Positions 40,137 through 50,375 of a DNA stretch of 64,000 nucleotides are shown in pieces. The notes under the pieces are model-generated. The model saw only the letters and a list, made by a program, of their open reading frames with translations. It did not search any database and was not told the DNA's origin. Position 1 is the first letter of the stretch. Each line of letters begins with the position of its first letter. The stretch comes from Octopus sinensis (Eukaryota): contig NC_043003.1 in assembly GCF_006345805.1 (NCBI RefSeq), forward strand, positions 45,322,001-45,386,000, in the 5' to 3' direction. The position numbers were made by a program, and so were the translations under genes.

Positions 40137-40601
40137 AAACTTTTCCTCTCCCGAAATGCAATTTTGTAAAAGTTTGCCATTCACCCGGATGTAATATATA
40201 TAAACTCACCCATGTGCTTCGTTGATGTTGATCAGTTAGCTGTTCGGCTTAAGCGAGGCAAGGTCGTTTTTATTTATAATACATTCAGGCCTGCTGATGA
40301 TTACGTAAGTATGAAATCACTGTGATACAGGCCTATATATTTTTAAATGTCTTACTTTGAAAAATTGCATTCGGTGGGATTAGTAATATTTTTGGTAGAA
40401 ATGACTGATTGTCCCTCTTAGCGTTTGGCAGGTATATATAATGCCTCCTGGCATGTATGTATAATTATGCCCTCTATATATAAATTAATATGTTCAATAA
40501 GAAAATTATTTTCGAAATTTTTTCTCTTATGAGGTTTTTACGCTATCTACCTGACAATTTCTTGTTAAGTTTTCCTTATTAAGTAGTTGTCCTTAATTGC
40601 A

Positions 40602-40602
<1 letters not shown>
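40137..40602 (+). repeat. Inverted (fold-back) copy of nearly one full 480-bp unit
   Basis: Reverse complement of the array unit, circularly permuted, running from AAACTTTTCCTCTCCCG to CCTTAATTGCAA. Confidence 0.93.
40287..40334 (+). ncRNA. Type I hammerhead ribozyme motif, inverted copy
   Basis: AGGCCTGCTGATGATTACGTAAGTATGAAATCACTGTGATACAGGCCT read directly on the + strand; predicted cut after 40327. Confidence 0.82.
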
Positions 40603-40632
<30 letters not shown>

Positions 40633-40652
40633 AATATATATATATATATATG

Positions 40653-41868
40653 CAGACATGCAGGAAGTAAATAGAACACCTATACTTTTCAAAATCTTTT
40701 ATTTAATATGCAAAGTGAACAATTGGAATGTAATTGATAGGTAGGACTACATACTTTAGTATTTAGTTGACATTCCCTTTGCGGTTATTAATTCAGAAAC
40801 TCTTTTTGGCATTGAATTGCTGAACATTGTGATTGTCTCTTGTGGAATTTCTGTCCACTTTTCACGCAACAATCGAAACAATTCATCTTTAGATTTACGT
40901 TTCTGTCGAGTTTTTCGTATAGCTCTATCTAGTATGCTCCGAAAATTTTCAATTGGTTTCATAACAGGAGATTGGCTCGGCCAAGGAAGATTTTCGATCC
41001 CATTTTCAGTCAGCCATTGTTGATTCCTTTTCGCTGTGTGGCATGGAGCCCCATCTTCCATGCATAAAAACTCATTTTTCGTTATGTTATCGGAAATAGT
41101 CCTTGCTTAAGTATTTCGATGTATTTTTCAGAGTTTATGGTTCCAACACATTCAATCAGCTAAGAACGACCAGTACTGGTGACAGCTCCCCATACCATTA
41201 TAGAGATACCACCATTGGAGTCGTTTCAAATCAAATTCTGACATCTCCTTAACCCATTTCTTTCTTTTCACGATAACAAATAGTTTAAGGAGACGTTTTC
41301 TTCTAGCTGCTCGTCCATAATACCCAAGCTTGTGCAGATATGTAACACACGTTCTTGGACTAACCTCTAGCTGTTTTGCAATGTCAGAAGCCTTCGAACG
41401 GGATTCATTTTCCAGAATTCTCTTCAAACAGCGAAGCTTCCTCTCTGAGGATCCAGGTTGGCCGCGACGAGAATCTGTTGATTCTTTTCCTTGGCCTTTA
41501 AATTGTACTATAATTCTATTATTTCTTTGGCCTTTAAATTGTACTATAATTCTATTATTTCTTTGGCCTTTAAATTGTACTATAATTCTATTAACAGTAG
41601 CAAGAGGAATTTGAACATTTTCGGCAATTTTTCGCTAAGTTCAGCCTCGGATTGCCCAACAATACGACCACTTTGAAAATCTGACAGTTCTGCTGAATTT
41701 TTTGTGCGTGGCATGGGTACTCTTCGCAAATGTCTTATATAATGGCACTTGAAATGAAAAACAAAAAAACAATAATTACTTTGTAAATTCTACACCGCTG
41801 AAAACATTAAGACGCTTAGATCAGAAATTTTAGAAATTAAACGTGTCTATTTACATCCTACATGTGTA
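40653..41868 (-). mobile_element. Tc1-like element (D34E), internally deleted, same family as 37101-38301
   Basis: TIRs CAGACATGCAGGAAGTAAATAGAACACC / GTGTCTATTTACATCCTACATGTGTA, with (TA)n on both flanks. ATG at 41714 (MPRTKNSAELSDFQ), motifs YLHKLGYYGRAARRK, GGISIMVWG and EDGAPCH..PIEN with 34 aa between D and E. Confidence 0.9.
41491..41593. repeat. 36-bp tandem triplication inside the Tc1 transposase
   Basis: TTGGCCTTTAAATTGTACTATAATTCTATTATTTCT at 41491, 41527 and 41563 (third copy partial). Confidence 0.95.
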
Positions 41869-41869
41869 C

Positions 41870-41907
<38 letters not shown>

Positions 41908-42499
41908 TTATTCCGTACGATTAAATTTAGGATTTGATTAAGATTTTTTTCCCTTGGTTGAATTCAAGCTGATCGGAAATAAACTGGAAAATCTCTTCGA
42001 TCAAGTAAAATATGTGTTTTATCTGAATTTACGTGTGCATATATATGCTTACGAACATACGTGTCTACCTAGGGATAAACTTGCATCCACGTAGTGTGTG
42101 TGCATACCATAGTTGTACATGTGTGTAGTGGGGGAGTTTCATAACTCCTTATGAGTGTGTGTGTGTGTGTGTGTTTCCTTGTTTGTGTGTCTGTGTGTGC
42201 ATGCGTGTGTGTATGAGAGTGAGTGTGTGTGTGTATATGTTAGCTATCCATATGTATATGGATGCACACTTGTTCAGCTAGAAATCGCAAACGTGAAATC
42301 CCTGTAAATGTTTTTGCAAATATTCATGATACTTTTAAACGTTTGCATTTGGAAAATGAGAATCAATATATTTTGATTGGATTTAGAGAATCCTTAACAT
42401 GTATATGTCTTTATGTAGATCTAGTCTATATTCTTTTGCGTCTAAAATAACAGATACAAATGATCATTTAGAACCTGAATATAAGAACTCTAGGTGTTT

Positions 42500-42830
42500 C
42501 CTTCTCCTCAGCTTTTGAGAAGACGACTGATCTCTACAACCCTACACTGCTATTGTACTTTCTTCCTGTGGGAAGAAAGTTCATTATGCATACACCGATA
42601 TACAGTTTAAATATTGAATGTTCGACAAGTTTTCTGTATTTTGAAAGATATAGATACGTCCTTGATTTGGAATGCCTTTTGTATATCCATTATGACAATC
42701 TTTCCTACGTTTAGCATCGTAAACGGTTTGAAGGACAAGGCGATATATCATATCCCTGCGAGAAGACCGAGAGCCATCTTTATCTTAATAGATAAGATAT
42801 TTAGTAGTTATTTCCTGTTCGTAGATAGCA
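42500..42830 (-). mobile_element. Possible decayed LINE RT fragment
   Basis: Only IVIMDIQKAF (DxxKAF-like) is recognisable. Confidence 0.3.
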
Positions 42831-44817
42831 AAATATAGCCTTATGTCCAGAAGAAACTACCTTTACTGTTCTAACGGAATGCTTCTAACGGAATATGAAT
42901 CATTATATAACGTATTGCTAGTGTGAGGAATATGTCACCTACAAGTCTCTTATTTTTGATTAGTTCAGTCAGGCAATTTTTTCTTAAATGGGGCTGTTCC
43001 TAAAGTCGGAGTATTGCGCGACATTTCTTCTCCTTAAAATCATGATTTTATTACTTTCCCTGCTATGTATACCAGTAATGTACAATTTTTTCTCTACTTC
43101 TTAGTCGGGGTTATGTACAAAAAACCTCGACACATGTATGTATAGATGCATGTATGTATAGATGCATGTATGTATGCATGTATTTATGTAAGCATTGATG
43201 TGTGTACATATACATATATTACGGAGATGTACTTGCATAGCAAGCAGCTTGACCTGAGATCGTATGCTAAAACAAAAACAATTGCAGCGCGGAAGGTGTT
43301 TATAAGACATTTAAAATGCACATAAAAACCGGTAGATTTTCGTCGCTTTGAAACCGCGACCTGTTCTCTGACAAAATTTCTTACTGCATGAATCTAACCG
43401 TTTTGTGCGTGTTTTTAAATGGCTTAGAAACACCTTCCACGCTACAATTGTTCATATACATATATCTTTTCATAAATTGGGAACAGCTTTTCTTCCACAC
43501 ATATATTATATTGAAGAAATGATTAATTTCGTAATTAAGTTTTTATTATACATATAACATTATTATTATTATTATTGTAATTATTATTATTATTAATACA
43601 ACTACTACTAATAATAATAATGATAATAATAATAATAATAATAATTAATTAATTAATTAATTAATTAAATATTTCCTTTATGTTTAATTCATAAATTTAT
43701 CGTTCCTAAGCCCACTCAAGTTTTAATAATCTCTAAATGAAACTGATATTACTAAATTATGTTACCCTTGCACTTTTCAGAAAAGTAGCAAGTAAAAATG
43801 TGAGGCTGGTACTGTGAAAGCATGTTAACTTTTCTTTTTAAGTAGTAGATTTCATCCATCAGCCGTTTTAACACAACAAACAGTTCCTCGGTTGACCTTA
43901 GTAGAGTTCATTCTGTTTCAAGCGTTCGGCTCAAATTCCCACTTTAAGGGTGCATTCCTATCTTCCTCCCACCAATCTTATAAGCTTTATAAAAGGTCAC
44001 AATTACTGCTCTTTCCACCCGGTTAAATGGTAAAAAGTAACTTATAAGTTATGAATGCTTGATTTAAAATTCTATAACGCTTAACTCCTGGTAGATTTCT
44101 TGGTCTTTTACATACATGCTGTATCTCTTTATTTTTGGCTTCTGCATTTTATTTTGCTTTTAAAAAATCTCCGATATTCATATCTACTTCATAGATGATC
44201 ATGCACTTAATTAATATTCTGTACGCTGTAATATATCAAAATAGCTTCTAATTCAGGCAGAAGGCCAACAGTTTTAATTATAAAATGATGGTCGATCCCA
44301 TTAACAGGAGAACTTGGCTGGTACTTGTTTTTTATCGAGTTCTGTGGGATGAAAAGCAAAGTTAACTTGGGCGTGATCAGAACGTGTCAAAACAAATACG
44401 TGTCAAAACGAATGCGTTGTTTTCCGATATTTTAACGATTCTTTTATCTTACTAGAGTTGGTGTATTATTATATATGTGTGTATGTGCTCGATGGATTTG
44501 CATATATTTATCACTATATCTATCTTTACGTACAGCACCTTAATAATATAGGGGGGGTGCGGAAGCAGTTTCTCTGCTAATATCCCTTAATTAGTAGCAC
44601 GATAAAGGTTAATCGCTAAAATAACCGAACTTACAAAGAATTACAGGGCCGATATAAACTATCAAAAACATTTTAAATCATTGGCCCAGCACAGGGGCGA
44701 TCTAATGACTCAAAGGTGTAGAAGATTGAAAGCGTTAACATATATATATATATGAGTGTTTGTGCGTATATACATATATATATACGTATATATATATATG
44801 TGTGTGTATATATATAC

Positions 44818-44864
<47 letters not shown>

Positions 44865-46029
44865 GATACGCACACAAATGTTTCTGTATGCATAAGCGCT
44901 TGTGTCAGCGCGTACATGTGCTTGTATATATGTGTGGATGAGCCTATGGTGTATGCATGCTGTATGAAAGGAATGTATATCAGCAATAAAAAAAAAGGGC
45001 TACACGGAAGAAGTATTGAAGTGGGAGGAGAATTAAAAAGCAGAAACGAACAAAAAAAGAAGAAGAATGTTTACTCCAATCTACCTTTTATTGAAATATT
45101 TCCGCTGCAATAAATTAGAGCATTTCCCGATGTTATTGCACTATCGAACATGATGATGATGAGGAAGGTGAAGCGGAAGGGGATGAAAAGAAAGGGGAGA
45201 CAGATGCTGGAGCAAGATGATCAAGATGACAACAATATTTTTCTGGATTTTTTTATATTGTCCCATATTTTTTCTTGCTATTTGTTTTCTTTCATTTTTT
45301 GTTTTGCTTTTTCCTTACTCATCATCAACATCTTACTCTCCTTCTACAATAACAACAATCGCTACTGCTTATCTACTTGTTCATCATATTCAACGATTTA
45401 ATATTATTTTGGTAACAGGGTGGTGCATTAACAGAATAGTTGGGGCATCCGACAAAATATCTTGCGATATTTCTTTTGGTCCTGCACTTTTTGTGTTCAA
45501 ATCCTATCGATCGAGGTTAACTTTACTTTTCATCATCTGGGTTTCAATAGAATAAATTACTAGTTAAATACAGAATCCACTGTAATCGACTAAACCATCC
45601 TTCTCCAATAGAGCCAGTTCCTCTTTCCTTTCTCTTCTCCCCATTTCATATTCCTCCACGTCAATTTGTTGGTTCAACAACATCGAGTAATTCTTCAAAT
45701 TATTACAGTGAAAACTACTGGCTTTGTGCCTAAATTAGAAACAATTTAGGTCGATGGAATGGCAGATTATTTAGAGGGTTAGAAAATACCCCGCTACAAA
45801 GAGAATACAATTCCTGTCGGTTGCATAAGAAAGTTGTATATGGAAAACGAGAGAAAATGGGTTACACACTATTTTAGGATAGTAAGACAATGTTATACAT
45901 ACGTAATTAAACAAAATAATTATATCAATAAAGAAAGCAATTAAAACAGATTTATCTTAAAATAGAGATGAAATGCAAATAGGGTAACATATTTATAAAC
46001 GGGAAAGAAGCTAGCACTCCAGCTGGATC

Positions 46030-47085
46030 AGGGGTACCCAAAATTCTACGATCTTCCCGCTAATAGGCTTGTATTATTGGGTTCAAAATGGTACGTTGAA
46101 AGGCATAGTCGACTTCGGCGGAATTTGAACTGAGAACGTAGTGACAGGCGAAATATAGTGCTAGGCATTTTCTCCAGCACGCTAATGATTCTACCGGCTC
46201 GCCGTCTAAATAATAATAAGCCTTTCTACTACAGGAACAAGTTCTGAACTTTGGGGAAGGGGACTAGTCGATTACATCGATCCAAGCACTTAGCTAGTAC
46301 TTATTTTATCGACCCCGAAAGGATGAAAGGTAATGTCAACCTCGGAGGAATTCGAATTTAGAACATAGCAGCAGACAAAATACCTATTTCTTTATTACCC
46401 ACAAGGGGCTAAACACAGAGGGGACAAACAAGGACAGACATAGGTATTAAGTCGATTACATCGACCCCAGTGCGTAACTGGTACTTGATTTATCGACCCC
46501 GAAAGGATGAAAGGCAAAGTCGACCTCGGCGGAATTCGAACTCACAACGTAACGCAGACGAAATACCGCAACGCATTTCTCCCGGCGTGCTAACCATTCT
46601 GCCAGCTCGCAACCTCCCACCTTAATAATAATAATAATAATAATCCTTTCTGCTGGAAGCACAAGGCCTCAAATTCGGGGGAAGGGATTACGTCGATTAC
46701 ATCGACACCAGTGCGTAACTGGAATTTATTTAATCGACTTCGAAAAGATTAAAAGTAAGATCACCCTTGGTGAAAATTGAACTCAGAACGTAGCGGCACC
46801 GAAATACCGCTAAGCATTTCGCCCGGCGTGCTAACGTTTCTGCCAGCTCACCTCCTTAATAATAATAAAGGTCTCAAATTTTGGCACAAGTCCAATAGGT
46901 TTGTGGGCGAGGTTAGTCGATTGCATCTACCGCAGTGTTCAATTGGTTCTTATTTTATCGACTCCGAAAGAATAAAAGGTAAAGATGACCTCGGTGGATT
47001 TTGAACTCAAAACTTATAGACGGACGAAATGCTGTTAAGCATATTCTCAGGCAGGCTAAAGATTATGCCAGCTCACCGCTTGCAT
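46030..47085 (-). mobile_element. Head-to-tail chain of five family A SINE copies
   Basis: Five occurrences of the core (TTTATCGACCCCGAAAGGATGAAAGG..GTCGACCTCGGCGGAATTTGAACTC or variants) at ~46.09, 46.31, 46.49, 46.73 and 46.96 kb, separated by (TAA)n. Confidence 0.9.
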
Positions 47086-47113
47086 AATAATGATATTTAT
47101 AATAATATTTATA

Positions 47114-48105
47114 CTAGGTATACAGGAGTGCATCGACAGTGAAAGAAGAAATTTGATAGAGTATTTGGCAAACAGCGAGCAAGACCTGCCACAGAGTCCT
47201 GCGGGTGCAGAAGGATTTACCAATAATGAATTTGAGAGTGCTAATGAACTCTGGTCACGCATAGCCAACGAGAGAGTGTAAACTCTACTCCGCGTGGAAT
47301 TACATGGTTAATTCCGCTGCAAAACTAACCAGGAAGTATGATGGATGTTGCTCAGCAAAGGTGACCTTAAACGAAGACATGAAAGCCTGATCATCGATGC
47401 CAGGACCGGGATCAGTGAAAAGGGATATATGCCACAGAAGTACAGCGAACCTCTGCAGAATGTGTGGGAAGGAGGTCGAAAGCGTTGCTCTCATCCTTAG
47501 CGCTTGTGAAAGACTTGCAGAAGACATAGACACAACAAGGTAGCCCTAAACCTTCACTGGCCACTGTGCTGGAAGTATGCATATGAGGTAACAGAATATT
47601 ATTACCAACACACACAGGAAAAGGTTCTGGACGAACATCTGATGGCAAAGGTGCTCTGAAACTTATATTTCCAGATATACAAAATGGTAGAGCACCGAAA
47701 GCTGTATATAGTAGCCTTTATGAGGAACAAGCAAGAGTGCCCAATAAGTGAAGTGGTGATGCCTAAAGAACAACATATTGTCATAAAATGAGAAACGGTG
47801 GACAAATGAAGAGACTTGAAAATTGAGATTGCCAAGATGTTGCAGCTGCAAGAGTTAAACATAAAGGTTGTTCCAGGTATCATCGGAGCATTGGATTCAC
47901 TACCACTCAACTTGAAGAAATATTCGGAACTTTAAAAATGCCCTACTGCAAAACACGGCTTTACTTAGAAATGCACGCATACTGCTGTCTGTCTGAAGTC
48001 CTTGTTGTGACTTGATAGATAACACAAACTCCCGGGATACACAATGTCTTCAGTCTATAACATCACAATATTGAGTACTGAGTGACATCTTCCATAATAA
48101 TAACT
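47114..48105 (+). mobile_element. Decayed R4/Dong-like RLE retrotransposon, divergent subfamily
   Basis: LSKGDLKRRHESLII, zinc knuckle CRMCGKEVESVALILSAC (47454-47507; C-x2-C-x8-[H>L]-x4-C), RHNKVALNLHW, and KVVPGIIGALDS. Ends near a short (TAA)n. Confidence 0.8.
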
Positions 48106-48140
48106 ATAATGGAGTATCCCCTCGAAGCCGAGGTATAAAT

Positions 48141-48378
48141 GTTCAGCTTTTGCCGAACGCCCTGCACATGTGGCGATCAAATGATTGTGCTGTACATTAC
48201 TGCCGCCATCAAACTGCCGTTGCCCGAACAGGTGCACGATGTTCCACACGTCAGGTGTTGAAGTGATCACAGAGCAACGTGACATGAAGTGTTTTGCTCA
48301 CGAACACAACGCCCAGTCTATGAATCCAAACCACGATCACGCGACCATGAGTGCAATACTCTGACCACTAGGCTATGC
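48141..48378 (-). mobile_element. tRNA-derived SINE, family G
   Basis: Head GCATAGCCTAGTGGTCAGAG, TGTGTTCGTGAGCAAAACACTTCAT, tail GTGCAGGGCGTTCGGCAAAAGCTGAAC. Confidence 0.75.
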
Positions 48379-48391
48379 GTTCTCACAATAA

Positions 48392-48652
48392 GGCGAGTGG
48401 TCTAATGGTTTGGGTGTTGCACTCACGCTTGCTAGATCGTACGTTCGATTCCTGGACCGAGCATCATGTGTTCTTAAGCAAAACATTTCATTTCCTATTT
48501 TGACATTTCACGTGTGGCATACTTGTGCATCTGTCCAGGTAATGTCTATTTGATGGAGAGAGTGATCTAATGTGCGACACATACATTTGATCACTATAAA
48601 CAAATCATTTGTGCAGGTCGTTCGGCAAAAAGTTGAACGCTCAAACGTCGTC
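48392..48652 (+). mobile_element. tRNA-derived SINE, family G
   Basis: B box GTTCGATTCC, TGTGTTCTTAAGCAAAACATTTCAT, tail GTGCAGGTCGTTCGGCAAAAAGTTGAAC. Homologous to the opposite-strand neighbour. Confidence 0.75.
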
Positions 48653-48668
48653 TAATAATAATAATAAT

Positions 48669-48803
48669 AGAGCGCTAGGATGCATATCGAATAATTTCAA
48701 GGACTGTGTAAATATAATCGGAATTGATGCAAAGTTACAGGCTTTGCAGCAGACAGCGTATCTTAGTATAGCAAGGATTTTAAGGAAAATTCTATTTATG
48801 TAG
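48669..48803 (+). mobile_element. Extreme 3' coding remnant of an RLE-clade LINE, starting directly after (TAA)n
   Basis: ALGCIS..LQALQQTAYLSIARILRKIL* resembles the GALG..LQKxALLGTARILRKVL terminus. Confidence 0.55.
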
Positions 48804-48829
48804 GGTACAGGAGAGAAAATAATAAGGGA

Positions 48830-49005
48830 CTTTGTCAACTTAAGATAATATTTTACTGGCACTTTACTTTTTCAACCTTGAGAAAGATGGAAAGACAAAG
48901 CTAACCTCGGTGGAAGTCGGAGTTTTCAGAACGTAAAGAGCTGGAGAAATTGATACAAGGCATTTTTTTTCAACGCACTAACAATTCAGAAACCTCACTG
49001 CCTTA
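48830..49005 (-). mobile_element. SINE family A, strongly degenerate
   Basis: GACAAAGCTAACCTCGGTGG..TTCAGAACGTAAAG..ACTGCCTTATTAAT. Confidence 0.6.
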
Positions 49006-50201
49006 TTAATAAATATAACAATGGTAATAAGAAGAGTAACAATATGAAGTAGAAAGACAGAAAGAAAGGAAGAAGAATAAGGAAAATATTTGATATCAAA
49101 GCAACATTTAGGATAATTCAATGACAAAGAGACAATAAGGATTTACATATGCAATTTTAAACAATAAAACAATAACAATTAACAAAAGTATTGACAAAAA
49201 CAAAGATAGAGTAAGTACTTCTTAGGGGCAACCTAGAAAACTCGCTGATCCTGGATCACCTTGATATCCACAGATACCACAGGGAGCTGCCCCTCTCCAA
49301 AAAACGCAATCACGCTTACTTGAAACATTCTCATCACTTTCTTACATCGTCCAAGATCTAAATTTCTAAACTTTCAAATTTAGTGTGGGTAGCGAGAAAT
49401 GCAACATCTTCCTTTCAACGTTCACTTTCCTTTCAGCGTTCACCTTCGTTATTACATGAAACTTTAAAAAGTCGATGAAGGCTTGGCCGAAAAGAAAAGA
49501 GTTTAAGGATACTGCCAATTTCACTCAGCTCAGAACTTCTTCCTACAGAGTCACCGAGGGGAGTGAAATTACTTGCTCTTCCCGGCCAGAGGTGGATGGT
49601 GAGACGTTATTCCCAAAAGTAGGTTTCGACCCACACGCAATACTCTCTTTTCGAGGTAACTCCACAAGTCAGCAAAGCTATGGAATGATAATAAAATGTT
49701 GGCTAAAATGTATAAAGGATCATTTATATATATGAGTTAGTGATTACTTCAACCCCTGAGGGTTTCGATAGAAAACGAATAATATGATGAATAGAGTTAA
49801 GTGAGTCGTGTGCTTCAGTGGAATTTGCACGCATGCAGGTTCAACTAATAGACACTATTATAGTAGCAGGAGAAACACAAACGAAAGAGACAGCACATTG
49901 GTGAGGCAAATGCTGCAGTGTTTGTGAGTGGCATCACACCGAGTAACTGAGTCCTCTCTTTCTCTCTCCCTCTCTTTCTTTCCGCCTCTCTACTTGTGGT
50001 CAAAGATGTACGAGTATGGTACGTGTAGTAGTACATGCATCAAAGAAGTGGAAACAATACTACATTGGCAACTTCGCTTTTGCTTTGTATACATAGACAT
50101 ATACATACGTACACGCAAATATATAACTTATATATATATATATATGCGTGTAGGGATATGTGTATATACTATGTACACACACACACACATTTATAAATAT
50201 A

Positions 50202-50232
<31 letters not shown>

Positions 50233-50344
50233 CATATACACCACAAGCACATACCTATATATGTACATATAGAAATATATATTGAAACAGACAGAAGGTG
50301 TAATAGATATGTACGTCATATATATACGTATGAGTATATACATA

Positions 50345-50375
<31 letters not shown>

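Larger units (their letters stand above)
38911..40138 (-). repeat. Tandem array of a ~480-bp hammerhead-containing unit (38911-39392, 39393-39871, partial 39872-40138)
   Basis: Units are nearly identical by eye, differing mostly by 1-3-bp indels. Strand assigned from the ribozyme orientation. Confidence 0.95.

Noticed and set aside
41491-41593. 36-bp repeats resembling CRISPR repeat length
   Set aside because: The copies are contiguous with no spacers, lie inside a Tc1 ORF, and the context is eukaryotic with no cas genes.
49472-49492. TCGATGAAGGCTTGGCCGAAA resembling a Penelope-type hammerhead
   Set aside because: The core is not CUGA and there is no stem III, NUH site or stem I.
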